The notes under the pieces were generated by a model that did not search any database, was not told where the DNA came from, and worked only from the letters and a program-made list of their open reading frames with translations. This document shows positions 19,950 to 29,259 of a stretch of 64,000 nt of DNA, in pieces. The stretch's first letter is position 1. The number at the start of each line of letters is the position of its first letter. Source of the stretch: Candidatus Saccharimonadales bacterium (lineage in GTDB: Bacteria > Patescibacteriota > Saccharimonadia > Saccharimonadales > JANWIN01). The position numbers and the translations under genes were made by a program. The stretch spans positions 192,645-256,644 of the forward strand of contig JBBRLY010000012.1 in NCBI GenBank assembly GCA_038231155.1, given 5' to 3'.

Positions 19950-21104
19950 ATGAAATCAAAAATTCATAATCTGAACCGAAATCAATCTGGCATTGTGGCG
20001 TTTACTGTTACTTTAATTATGATTATCGTTATTGCAATGATTACCATTGCCATGGCCCAAATTTCTCGGCGTGAACAACGTCAAGTACTAGATAAGGAAC
20101 TCAGTAGCCAAGCCTATTACGCTGCAGAATCTGGTATTAACGATACAAAAAACGCCATTATTAATCATGGTTTCAATGTTTCTAATGATCAATGTTCAGG
20201 TTATCATCCTGGTCTAATAGGCCCCACACATATTAGTACCAGCTCAGATTTGAGTTTTCTGTTATCTTCCAACGCTCTATCTGCAGCATTACGCGATGAT
20301 TTGGGCGGAATCTCGGCTAGCAGTGGTTACAGCTGTATATTAATTGACCAGAGACCGACTTCCTTGCAATATGGTTCAATTGATTTAGATCATGTAGCTT
20401 TCGCTGATCTTAAGACTTTTGACCCCGTAACTAAACTTTCTACACCACTATCTAAGTTAAATATTAGCTGGCAAAACACCCAAAATGGGTTATTCCGTAG
20501 TATCACTGATCCACTGATATTTCCCCCAGTAGATAAATGGCTTGATACAACAGGTGTAAACACTGCAACCGGGGTACTTAGAGTCGACATAACAGCTTTT
20601 GATGGAAACCCGGCTAGCAATTATGGGTTACCGGCAAATTTTAATTATCAGGATTTAAATAAACAAACCATGACGCTGTATTTGTACCCTCGGGAAGGAT
20701 CTGGAGTAGCCAATATAGTAGATTTTGACCCCAGTGCTTCTAATACCGGACAAGTAATTAGTGGAAAATGTAATGTCGCAGATTTTCCGCGTTTCTGCAA
20801 CGTTTTAGTATCATTTACGGCAAGGCCTGGTCTGGCCCCCGCCCATATCTTTGTACGATTGTCTTCAATTTACCGTTCATCATCTGTGACTGTCCAAGCT
20901 CTAAGCGGCGGCACCTTATTAAGCATAGACGGAGGACAAGAAAAGGTTGATGTTACTGGTAAATCGGCAGATGTTGTTAGACGTTTACAAGCTCGCATTT
21001 CCACCCAACCGAGTTTCGCTTTGAGCAACAATGCAGTTGATGAAAGTAGTAGTATATGCAAGCTCTATGAAGTGGCACCAGGTTCTACCCAATCACATTG
21101 TTAA
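19950..21104 (+). CDS. PilX-N-like pilus-associated protein
   Basis: QSGIVAFTVTLIMIIVIAMITIAMAQISRREQR followed by YYAAESG, resembling the PilX N-terminal domain. Confidence 0.6.
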   Translation: MKSKIHNLNRNQSGIVAFTVTLIMIIVIAMITIAMAQISRREQRQVLDKELSSQAYYAAESGINDTKNAIINHGFNVSNDQCSGYHPGLIGPTHISTSSDLSFLLSSNALSAALRDDLGGISASSGYSCILIDQRPTSLQYGSIDLDHVAFADLKTFDPVTKLSTPLSKLNISWQNTQNGLFRSITDPLIFPPVDKWLDTTGVNTATGVLRVDITAFDGNPASNYGLPANFNYQDLNKQTMTLYLYPREGSGVANIVDFDPSASNTGQVISGKCNVADFPRFCNVLVSFTARPGLAPAHIFVRLSSIYRSSSVTVQALSGGTLLSIDGGQEKVDVTGKSADVVRRLQARISTQPSFALSNNAVDESSSICKLYEVAPGSTQSHC

Positions 21105-21112
21105 AATATTAA

Positions 21113-22027
21113 TTAATAATTAGTTCTATGAAACTTTTGATGCACAGCTTTTAAGTGCGGATCAGTAACATGAGTATAGATTTGAGTGGTTGAAATATTA
21201 CTATGGCCAAGTAAGGCTTGGACTGATCTCAAATCGGCTCCATTCATTAATAAATCTGTTGCGTAGGAATGGCGTAAGGTATGGGGTGAGACGTGTTTAG
21301 TAATTCCAGCAAGTAGGGCATATCGTTTAACCATGCGCTGAACACTGCGGGCGGTAAGCCGATGAAAATTACCACTTAAGTCTACTTGCTTAGAGCCACT
21401 ATAGCGTACAAATAATGGACGAGTGTTATCCTTTCGGCTAGCTAAATATTTTTGCAACCAATCAACGGCCGCCTCACTGATAAATATTGGCCGATCTTTT
21501 TGCCCCTTACCGCGAACCGTAAACTCACGACGTTTTAAATTAATATGGTCACGGTCCAAACCCACCAGTTCCGAAACCCTTAACCCACTGCTAAAGAGCA
21601 GTTCTAAAATAGCCCGATCACGTAGACCTGAGGGTTTATTTATATCAGCTTGCGCAAACAAACGTTCTAGTTCTTCAGGTGTTAAAAAAGTCACTTGTTT
21701 ACGTACGGTACGAGCTAGCTCAATTTTATTGGGCGCCAAAGCCGGTAAATCCAATTTGGAGCAGTATTTTAAAAAACTGCGAAGGGCAATCAAGTGATAA
21801 TTTTGAGTTGATTTCTGAAGTTCATCACTAACATTAGTGCCTAAACGGTTTAACCAAAGCCGCCACTTACGAATTAGCTCCGAGTCAATGTCTTTAACTT
21901 CTATATTACCGGCAAAATCAATTAACCGAGTTAGGTAATGATCATAATTAGCAATAGTTTTTTGGGAGCGGTTTTGCTCTATTTCCAAATATTCTAAAAA
22001 TTCAGTTTTAGCTTTTTCAAGTAACAT
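21113..22027 (-). CDS. tyrosine recombinase, XerC/XerD family
   Basis: C-terminal catalytic motifs HTLRHSYATDLL...LLGHSNISTTQIYTHV, SAM-like N-domain; likely start at ATG 22027 (M16 of the ORF). Confidence 0.88.
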   Translation of the reverse strand: MLLEKAKTEFLEYLEIEQNRSQKTIANYDHYLTRLIDFAGNIEVKDIDSELIRKWRLWLNRLGTNVSDELQKSTQNYHLIALRSFLKYCSKLDLPALAPNKIELARTVRKQVTFLTPEELERLFAQADINKPSGLRDRAILELLFSSGLRVSELVGLDRDHINLKRREFTVRGKGQKDRPIFISEAAVDWLQKYLASRKDNTRPLFVRYSGSKQVDLSGNFHRLTARSVQRMVKRYALLAGITKHVSPHTLRHSYATDLLMNGADLRSVQALLGHSNISTTQIYTHVTDPHLKAVHQKFHRTNY

Positions 22028-22172
22028 AACTATATTGTACGACACTGCAACTAAAGTCCCCAGTGAATACAAACTTAAGCCATAAGTAATTACTTTAGCT
22101 CTGGGTCTAATGTAAGACTAGGGACTGACCCTTGTATCTGTTAAAATAGATGTTAATAATAGAAGGATATAC

Positions 22173-22637
22173 ATGGAACGTACACTAATTATTGCTAAAC
22201 CAGATGCATTGCAACGTGGTTTAGTTGGTGAAATTATTAGACGCTTAGAAAGTAAAGGCCTAAAACTGGTAGGTATCAAAATGATGGGACTAGATAGTCC
22301 TCTATTGCAAGCACATTATGCCGAACATATTGAAAAACCTTTTTATTCTGATTTAGAAGATTTTATGAAAAGTTCACCGGTTGTGGTTATGGCCTGGGAA
22401 GGTTATGAGTGCGTCGAATCTGTCCGTTTAATTGTCGGTGCCACCAATCCACGGCAGGCTAGAGCCGGAACTATAAGGGGTGATTTTGCGATCGGTACAG
22501 GTAGAAATCTAATCCATGCTTCCGATAGCCCAGCCAACGGGCAAACGGAAGTAGCTCGCTTCTTCAAGGATAACGAACTATTTGAATACGATAAATCAGA
22601 ATATATTCATATTTACGAAGCTTACGAAAGAAACTAG
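22173..22637 (+). CDS. ndk: nucleoside diphosphate kinase
   Basis: MERTLIIAKPDALQRGLVGEII and NLIHASDS active-site His motif. Confidence 0.95.
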   Translation: MERTLIIAKPDALQRGLVGEIIRRLESKGLKLVGIKMMGLDSPLLQAHYAEHIEKPFYSDLEDFMKSSPVVVMAWEGYECVESVRLIVGATNPRQARAGTIRGDFAIGTGRNLIHASDSPANGQTEVARFFKDNELFEYDKSEYIHIYEAYERN

Positions 22638-22654
22638 CAAAATAATTCGTTAAA

Positions 22655-22888
22655 TCAACGACCGCATTGCACTGACAAATCAGGGTTAGTCGTACAGGAC
22701 TGTTTATAAACTTTATTACCAATATTTTGAGTTTGAGTAGTTTGCTCGGTTTGGTTTTGAGTAGATGTAGTGGTCGATTTATTAACCATTAGTTGATAAA
22801 TATAGTAAACTCCGAAAGCAGTTGCCCCAATGATAAGAATAAAGATTATTCCACTGGGCAAACTAGCACCTTTTTGATTTCTAAGCAT
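22655..22888 (-). CDS. small membrane-anchored T/Q-rich protein
   Basis: 77 aa, one TM helix, low-complexity region, two Cys near the C-terminus. Confidence 0.4.
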   Translation of the reverse strand: MLRNQKGASLPSGIIFILIIGATAFGVYYIYQLMVNKSTTTSTQNQTEQTTQTQNIGNKVYKQSCTTNPDLSVQCGR

Positions 22889-22967
22889 TTATTATCCTAA
22901 TGTTAATGAATTAAACCAGAATAAGTTAGGGAATACTAGATCGCTTAGAATAATTCTCTAAAATTCT

Positions 22968-23043
22968 TGGTGACCCGGGAGGGAGTCGAACCCCCAACAC
23001 CCACCTTAGGACGGTGGTGTTCTATCCATTGAACTACCGGGCC
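22968..23043 (-). tRNA. tRNA-Arg (anticodon CCT)
   Basis: Hand-folded cloverleaf: acceptor GGCCCGG/CCGGGTC, anticodon stem CCACC/GGTGG, loop GTCCTAA, T-loop TTCGACT, encoded CCA. Confidence 0.85.
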
Positions 23044-23101
23044 CCTTGAGTTGTTATTCTAACACCTGGAACCTTACACCTAAAACCATTACAATAATCT
23101 C

Positions 23102-23659
23102 ATGCCTAAAAAAACTCAAACAAATAAATACTTTGATGATCAGTTTGAAGATGAGGAAGTTCTGTTTGTATTCCGCAAACACCCGATTGTTATGCGCAAG
23201 GGGTTAGTAATTGGAGCCTTTGCTCCATTACTAGGCGTATTACCAGCTGCTATTCATCCAGATTTTGGTTTAGGTTGGTTTTTTGCTGGCTTGGCAATTG
23301 GCGTTACACTTTGGGGGCTAATATTATTCCCGTTTTGGATTAGTTGGTTTTATAGCGTATTTATTGTTACTGATCAGCGATTAATTCAAATTACTCAAAA
23401 AGGCTTGTTTCATAAAACCGTAGTTGATCTGACACTTAGCCAAATTCAAATGGTAAATTATCAGGTATCTGGAGTACAAGAAACGCTGCTAGGGTTTGGT
23501 ACAATAATGATACAAACTTATGTAGGCGATTTGGTGATACACGAAGTTCATCACCCATCCCGTATTCAAAAGAAGATATTAAATATTTTGCGTGATCAAG
23601 GCATAACCGCCAGTAATTTACCATCTGGCAAGGAAGTTAATGAAGAAACCGAAAATTAG
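23102..23659 (+). CDS. membrane protein with bacterial PH domain (YdbT/bPH_2-like)
   Basis: Two TM helices then DQRLIQITQKGLFHKTVVDLTLSQIQMV..FGTIMIQT, typical of bPH_2. Confidence 0.65.
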   Translation: MPKKTQTNKYFDDQFEDEEVLFVFRKHPIVMRKGLVIGAFAPLLGVLPAAIHPDFGLGWFFAGLAIGVTLWGLILFPFWISWFYSVFIVTDQRLIQITQKGLFHKTVVDLTLSQIQMVNYQVSGVQETLLGFGTIMIQTYVGDLVIHEVHHPSRIQKKILNILRDQGITASNLPSGKEVNEETEN

Positions 23660-24713
23660 GAATTTAATTGGCAAGAGTAAAGAGCGGCTTAAACCGATTA
23701 TACCGGCTGAACCTACCCTAGATGATAGTGAGACTCCGCGTATCACTAATGAGACAGTAGCAGAGCACCGTGACAAAGTATTATCTCGAGCCCGTAAGTA
23801 TATTTACCCACTGCAACACTCCAAACACAAGATTGTTCTGATTACCACTGGTCTGTTTTTAGCAGCTGTAATTAGTTTTTTCACCTACTGTACTTTAGCT
23901 CTTTATCATTTCAAGACTAACTCCGGATTTTTATACGGTGTTACCAAAGTTATTCCTTTCCCATTTGCAAAAGTTGGCGGTAATTTTGTAGCTTATGAGA
24001 ATTATTTATTTGAACTTAGGCACTACGTTCACTACTACGAAACCCAACAAAAAGTAGATTTTAGCAGTGTAGTAGGCAAGCAGCAACTTGCAGATTACGA
24101 GCGACGGGCATTACAAAAGGTAGTTAACGATGCTTATGTTAAACAATTAGCTGCCAAGAATAATGTATCTATAAGTGACCGCGAACTTAATGATGAAATA
24201 ACCTTAGTGCGTAGCCAAAACCGGCTGGGATCTAATGAGAAAGGCTTTGAAGACGTTTTAAAAGAGAATTTTGGCTGGAGCTTAAATGATTTTAAACGTA
24301 GCCTCAAGCAAGAAATGCTGGCTCAGAAACTAGTAGCTACACTGGATAAAACTACTTTAGCTAAGGCTCAGGCGGCCAGCGCTGAACTAGTTGCTGGAGC
24401 AAAATTTGAGGACATGGCCAAAAAATACTCTGAAGACAAAGCTAGTGCCGCTACCGGCGGTGAATACGGCTTTTTAATCGATAAAACTAATAGGGATTTA
24501 GCCGCTCAGGTAACTCAAACTCTATTTCAGTTAAAACCGGGACAGGTATCGGACATTATTAACACCGGCTTTACCTTGGAAATTGTTAAAACAATAGAAT
24601 TCCAAGATCAAAAGGTTAGGGCGGCACATATAACCTTTAGTCTTAAAGACATTAACTACTACCTAAACCCAGTTAAAGATAAAGAAAAAACTCGACTGTT
24701 TATAGGGTTATGA
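23640..24713 (+). CDS. membrane-anchored PpiC/parvulin-type peptidyl-prolyl isomerase (PrsA/SurA-like)
   Basis: N-terminal TM, SurA_N-like helical region, parvulin segment FEDMAKKYSEDKASAATGGEYGFL. Confidence 0.75.
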   Translation: MKKPKIRNLIGKSKERLKPIIPAEPTLDDSETPRITNETVAEHRDKVLSRARKYIYPLQHSKHKIVLITTGLFLAAVISFFTYCTLALYHFKTNSGFLYGVTKVIPFPFAKVGGNFVAYENYLFELRHYVHYYETQQKVDFSSVVGKQQLADYERRALQKVVNDAYVKQLAAKNNVSISDRELNDEITLVRSQNRLGSNEKGFEDVLKENFGWSLNDFKRSLKQEMLAQKLVATLDKTTLAKAQAASAELVAGAKFEDMAKKYSEDKASAATGGEYGFLIDKTNRDLAAQVTQTLFQLKPGQVSDIINTGFTLEIVKTIEFQDQKVRAAHITFSLKDINYYLNPVKDKEKTRLFIGL

Positions 24714-24767
24714 CGTTTGCCTAGAATTAGACTCACTTACAGCAATTCTTATAAACTAACGACAAAT

Positions 24768-25052
24768 CTAGTAAAGCTTGTCAGCTTTATATACACAAAG
24801 CTGGTTTTTGACTGCATCTTGTATAAAAGCCTTTTGGCCAGACCTTAAGACGTTCAACGATTTCATTTTTTTAAGTCCATTTGAATGTAAGCTAATATTA
24901 CCTTTGTTCCAGCGACAAACATTGTTGACGTCTACCGAATAACTGGCATATAACAGGTGAAACAGTAATATTCCACTCAATATCGATAATGTGAATACTA
25001 GTATCATTTTCTTAATAAGTTTTTTCTGGTCTTTGCTTAAATTTGATTTCAT
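24768..25052 (-). CDS. hypothetical membrane-anchored protein
   Basis: 94 aa ORF with one TM helix; no recognisable domain. Confidence 0.35.
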   Translation of the reverse strand: MKSNLSKDQKKLIKKMILVFTLSILSGILLFHLLYASYSVDVNNVCRWNKGNISLHSNGLKKMKSLNVLRSGQKAFIQDAVKNQLCVYKADKLY

Positions 25053-25457
25053 ACAACAAATACTACACTATAATATTTTTATAACCATAAGCTTACTACT
25101 GCTTATAGCTTTTATTTCTAGTGTTTTAGAACCAACCGCAAAGAGAGTTTAAGGCAATTACTAGTCAGCTAAGCTGTTTTAATAAGTACGCTGATCGTTA
25201 CTACTTTTAGTTGCCATTATTACTTTTGGCTTTATAAGACCAATATATAAACTAAAGTTTAAACCTAAGCTTTCAACTAGCTGCAGCCATTTTATAAATT
25301 TCTGGGAATCTATTCTATTTGTCATTTTTGTTTATTATCCTGCCGATAAATTTAAGCACAAAGGCTATAGTCGGTCAATAATTTATTATTCTTGGATAGG
25401 CAAGTACGTTAATTTATAGTAGATCTATAATAAAGTAGTTTTCACTATCGCAAACTA

Positions 25458-25823
25458 TTATTCCGAAGACGAATTATTTCTATTTCTGATTTGTTGAAGC
25501 CTTTCTATAGCTACTTCACTCAATTTTATATCAATTTGTCTCTTAACATCCTTAACTTCGGTTTTTTCTGGATCTAAATTACTATCGAGGAATAAACTAC
25601 GACCCCTATAAATCTCAATGCCAAGCTGAACTCCACATTCAGTCAAAATTTTACTGCCGATTTTACTGGACATTATGGTTGTGGCATAATCTGGCTCATA
25701 CCCATAACTTGGCAACATCTCACCCAAATCTGTCGAAACTAAAACAAAACCACGCCTAAGGATTTCAGCAGTATCGTGAAAAAAAGCTTCTCGTTCTGGT
25801 TTAACTTCAGCTAAACCCGACAT
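25458..25823 (-). CDS. hypothetical protein (island)
   Basis: 121 aa ORF; no recognisable motif. Confidence 0.4.
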   Translation of the reverse strand: MSGLAEVKPEREAFFHDTAEILRRGFVLVSTDLGEMLPSYGYEPDYATTIMSSKIGSKILTECGVQLGIEIYRGRSLFLDSNLDPEKTEVKDVKRQIDIKLSEVAIERLQQIRNRNNSSSE

Positions 25824-25873
25824 AAATTAACAATACATTAACATAAGAAGTTAGTCTACCTAAAGGATATAAA

Positions 25874-26182
25874 TTATTGCTTTTGCATTATCTCAAGTAA
25901 ACCGCGGGCTGCGTGTCGTGAGTCTTGTTCAGCAACAGGGTCTTCAGCAAGTAGTTCTAAGCTCATTTGAATATCTGCAACAACTGCTTCATCATTTAGT
26001 AAGTTTACTTCCAAGACAGGATATCCATCGGCCGAGTGCGGCATAGAATCATGTTTGTTGAGCACAGTTTCTAATTTCATTTCAACTTCTGGGTTCAACC
26101 CAGTTGAGGCCAAAGCCCGATAAGTTGTGTCTACTTGTAGTCTGCCATCAAGCTTTAGATATTTAGGATTTTCTTGAGCCAT
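25874..26182 (-). CDS. small acidic protein, paralog family member 1
   Basis: 102 aa; C-terminus ADIQMSLELLAEDPVAEQDSRHAARGLLE aligns with the C-termini of the 27215..27451 and 28893..29189 products. Confidence 0.5.
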   Translation of the reverse strand: MAQENPKYLKLDGRLQVDTTYRALASTGLNPEVEMKLETVLNKHDSMPHSADGYPVLEVNLLNDEAVVADIQMSLELLAEDPVAEQDSRHAARGLLEIMQKQ

Positions 26183-26266
26183 AATAACTTAATTATATAA
26201 TTTAAATTAAAAAAAGTCAAGTTTATTGACTTAGTTTGATTTAATTAACAATGGCCAAATAAGTGA

Positions 26267-26929
26267 TTACAGGTTGTTTATATGTTCCGCGAAACTTTTA
26301 CCAGACTCTAAACTGTACGGATCTAGCTGGACTATGGTAAATCTAAACCTAAAATCAGATTGACTAGTTAAAGTTGCATAGCTACCTAACTTTTCTGAGA
26401 TAGATACTTCAAGACTCGACTCATCCACGTCATTTAGGAAACTGACAGTTTGCTCCCAGCTGTGTTCATGATTAACCACGCCTAGTGATAGCTTATGATT
26501 TCCATTTGATTTGTCTGATTCTCTTAGTAACGCACCTAACAGGGCAGGACCAATACGATGTGGTTTATCGTCAATTATTCCGATATTTACATCTCGGCTT
26601 TGTTTAACAACATGATCGGCTTTGCCTTGTTCGCTACCGGTTAATACAATTTGTTCAGGATGCCGGAAAAAATCTCCCAGACCAAGTTCAGCAATTGAGC
26701 GGGCTGTGGCATTTCTACGAATTGCAATATCTGGGCGTCGAGAAACAATACCAGCTACTTCTACGCCTTGGTGTTGGATTCCTTGTAAAAACTCAACGTA
26801 ACCAGCCAATCCCTTTAGCCTAGTTTTTAGTACATTTCTTCGCCAATGCAAAGGATTCTTGTTATTGAGATCTTCAACAGCAGTACCATCAAAGTCACTC
26901 CAAAACTGGGATTTTGTAGCCTCACTCAT
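26267..26929 (-). CDS. HAD-like hydrolase (tentative)
   Basis: DFDGT (DxDxT-like motif I) near the N-terminus and IIDDKP late motif. Confidence 0.45.
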   Translation of the reverse strand: MSEATKSQFWSDFDGTAVEDLNNKNPLHWRRNVLKTRLKGLAGYVEFLQGIQHQGVEVAGIVSRRPDIAIRRNATARSIAELGLGDFFRHPEQIVLTGSEQGKADHVVKQSRDVNIGIIDDKPHRIGPALLGALLRESDKSNGNHKLSLGVVNHEHSWEQTVSFLNDVDESSLEVSISEKLGSYATLTSQSDFRFRFTIVQLDPYSLESGKSFAEHINNL

Positions 26930-27161
26930 TTAGAGCAAACAATACACGTTATAAAAACTAAGATCAAGCTCAAATGTAATGATTATGTATAAAATTATTT
27001 TCTAGCTATACGGCAAGTGCGCCAGGAGCAGTCCTGGTATATATTGTCTGGGCTACCTGTCGGGTTTCACCTAGAAGCAGCATTTGCTCAACAGCTTGTT
27101 CAGGACTATCTGCTTGAAATAAAAAATCCTGTTCCATGGCTACATCATAGCAAATGATTAC

Positions 27162-27200
27162 GCTTATGCTTGAGATACTCTAGCAAGGTAGGTATGTAAC
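27162..27200 (-). repeat. tRNA-Asp-3'-end-derived repeat, degenerate class B (B0)
   Basis: gcttatgcttgagatactctagcaaggtaggtatgtaac; shares the left arm and the terminal GTAAC; 15 nt from the stop of 27215..27451. Confidence 0.55.
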
Positions 27201-27214
27201 TAGCTTTGTCTAAG

Positions 27215-27451
27215 TTAGTCTAGTAATCCACGCGTTGCCACAACATTATCACACTGAATAGCGGGATCAAGTTCGACTAGCTCTAAGTTCATTAGTATAT
27301 CTGCCTTTATAGCTTCCGTTTCACCACCCTGTATATACATAGCAATATCTTTCTGATCTCCAGTTTCCGAAAGTTGAGAGTGCATATCAATAAAAGTAGT
27401 TAGTCGTTTTTCAGCATCAGGTTCGTATCGACTAGGGTTAAGCTCTTTCAT
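27215..27451 (-). CDS. small acidic protein, paralog family member 2
   Basis: 78 aa from ATG 27451; C-terminus ADILMNLELVELDPAIQCDNVVATRGLLD homologous to 25874..26182. The longer 27215..27748 ORF overlaps the upstream gene. Confidence 0.5.
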   Translation of the reverse strand: MKELNPSRYEPDAEKRLTTFIDMHSQLSETGDQKDIAMYIQGGETEAIKADILMNLELVELDPAIQCDNVVATRGLLD

Positions 27452-27494
27452 AAAGTCAATAGTTATGGACCTTAACAGAGCAGCTGTGGAACTA

Positions 27495-28160
27495 TTACTT
27501 CGATGGGCCGGCGGTAGTAGAGTCAGTAGGTAGACTAGAGTGAGCTTCGGGCTGTAACTCAGCAATCGGAGGTGTTGGTTGAACAGTGGGTATCTGATTT
27601 TGAGTTTGAAGGTTTTCAATTTGGGGCTGTTGAGGTGCCTGAGCACTTTCGCTAGAAGGTAGTATTTGTATAGCCTGCTTGTCACTAGGATTAAGGTTGT
27701 GGCCCTGAACGTCAACCGAACCGTGCACGGTATATGTGTAGTTAACATGTTCGAAGGTTTGGGCCATTGAAACTACTGATTGCAATACTCCGCCCAAGTT
27801 AGGCATTTGACCAAATGGCGTACCGCCAGCTACGCCCCCATTTAGATATAGCTGCAAGTTAATAGTTTTAGTTTCTCCAGGACTAATTGTAAATTGTTCT
27901 CGGCTCTCGGCTTGGGCTACGGTTTGGGCCATAGTACGATTTTCTTGCACCCCAACTCCTGAGCCTCTACCCATTGCCAAACCTTGTTCTCGTGCTACTG
28001 CTTTAATTTCTGCTTTGACGCTATTAATTGTTTGAGTACTTTCAGAAGTTATATTGACCGCAACTGGGATAGCTTGGTTCGATAGAACTGAGCTTGGCGC
28101 CTGAACATGAACCTGAACACCCCCATTGATACTACTCTTCAACTTGCTGAATAAACCCAT
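27495..28160 (-). CDS. Spo0M-like (arrestin-fold sporulation-control family) protein
   Basis: N-terminus MGLFSKLKSSINGGVQVHV and beta-rich repeats resemble the Spo0M family; Q/P-rich tail. Confidence 0.55.
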   Translation of the reverse strand: MGLFSKLKSSINGGVQVHVQAPSSVLSNQAIPVAVNITSESTQTINSVKAEIKAVAREQGLAMGRGSGVGVQENRTMAQTVAQAESREQFTISPGETKTINLQLYLNGGVAGGTPFGQMPNLGGVLQSVVSMAQTFEHVNYTYTVHGSVDVQGHNLNPSDKQAIQILPSSESAQAPQQPQIENLQTQNQIPTVQPTPPIAELQPEAHSSLPTDSTTAGPSK

Positions 28161-28254
28161 GCTCTAACCCTTATTTATATACCGATTATACCCGAATACA
28201 CATGGAACTTATACAGACAAACAAGAACAATATAAGAAACAATTTTCGCTAAGT

Positions 28255-28292
28255 GCTTATGCTTGGCGAGGCATAGAGTCGGATTTCCGAAC
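28255..28292 (-). repeat. tRNA-Asp-3'-end-derived repeat, class A (A1)
   Basis: gcttatgcttggcgaggcatagagtcggatttccgaac. Confidence 0.8.
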
Positions 28293-28332
28293 CGCTTAAG
28301 TTATACTAAAGATGCTATAAATCCAAAATTTC

Positions 28333-28827
28333 ATGAGTAATAAATTTCACAATATATCAAATAAAATCTCGGAACTTTCAGGTTCGACAATGGCTTTTCT
28401 TCTGGCCGTTATTGGTATCATGGTGTGGCTAATTAGCGGTCCGTACTTTCATTTCTCAAATACTTGGCTGATAGCTATAGCAACTATCACCGATGTGGTT
28501 ATATTCCTGATGGTATTTTCCATTCAAAATACTCAAAATCGAGACAGTAGAGCCGTTCAATTAAAGCTTAATGAGCTGATTATAGCTGATAAGAAAGCTA
28601 GGGATACATTTATTGGCCTCGAGGAACTAACCGACGATGAACTATCTGACCTTGACGAAGAGTTTAAGCAGTTGTTAGGCAGGCTCGAAGTTCATCCTGC
28701 GATGCACAAGTTACACAAAACCATCAAGCAAGAAAAGTCCAAAAGACCTGGGTTATACGATCGCGCCGAACATTTTGTTGACAACTTATTAAACCCAACA
28801 ACCAGTAATCACGACAAGAATAGTTAA
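28333..28827 (+). CDS. low-affinity iron permease family protein
   Basis: FSNTWLIAIATITDVVIFLMVFSIQNTQNRDSRAVQLKLNELI matches the conserved core of the bacterial low-affinity iron permease (Fet4-like) family. Confidence 0.7.
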   Translation: MSNKFHNISNKISELSGSTMAFLLAVIGIMVWLISGPYFHFSNTWLIAIATITDVVIFLMVFSIQNTQNRDSRAVQLKLNELIIADKKARDTFIGLEELTDDELSDLDEEFKQLLGRLEVHPAMHKLHKTIKQEKSKRPGLYDRAEHFVDNLLNPTTSNHDKNS

Positions 28828-28835
28828 TTCAAAAT

Positions 28836-28874
28836 GCTTATGCTTGGCGGACCATAACAGAAGAGGTCTGGAAC
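28836..28874 (-). repeat. tRNA-Asp-3'-end-derived repeat, class B (B1)
   Basis: gcttatgcttggcggaccataacagaagaggtctggaac. Confidence 0.75.
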
Positions 28875-28892
28875 TTTTATAGAGGCCTAAGC

Positions 28893-29189
28893 TTAACTTG
28901 GCGAATCACTTCTAGTTTCTATAAGTGAGTCTGCTAGTTCTCTCGCCACATCTTTTGTGTCGGCATCCGCTTCAGAGCCAGCCAGCAGCCATAGTTTATC
29001 AACCAATAAGGTTAGGCAAAAATCATCCTCTAAGATTATTCGCACGCCCTCTGGTATATTATCCATGTCTTCAGAATCTGGCCGAAACTCACCATCTTCT
29101 AAAAGAGAACGTTGAGCAAGACAAGCCTTAAAATATTGACAGACTTCACCTGTTGTAGGGCATCTTAAAACATCAGACGGACTGTCCAT
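28893..29189 (-). CDS. small acidic protein, probable distant paralog family member 3
   Basis: 98 aa, very acidic; LVDKLWLLAGSEADADTKDVARELADSLIE follows the L.LLA...D...AR.L pattern of the other two. Confidence 0.45.
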   Translation of the reverse strand: MDSPSDVLRCPTTGEVCQYFKACLAQRSLLEDGEFRPDSEDMDNIPEGVRIILEDDFCLTLLVDKLWLLAGSEADADTKDVARELADSLIETRSDSPS

Positions 29190-29227
29190 AAGTCTTATAT
29201 AACAATAACAAGACTAATTAGTCAACT

Positions 29228-29257
29228 TTGGCGGGGCATAGAGTCGGATTTCCGAAC
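29228..29257 (-). repeat. tRNA-Asp-3'-end-derived repeat, class A (A2, left arm disrupted)
   Basis: tttggcggggcatagagtcggatttccgaac; abuts the stop of 29260..29499. Confidence 0.75.
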
Positions 29258-29259
29258 GG

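Noticed and set aside
27215-27748. 177-aa ORF in the supplied track
   Set aside because: Its N-terminal 99 codons overlap the better-supported Spo0M-like gene (27495..28160) in another frame and look like random low-complexity sequence. Only the last 78 codons, from ATG 27451, show homology to a paralog.
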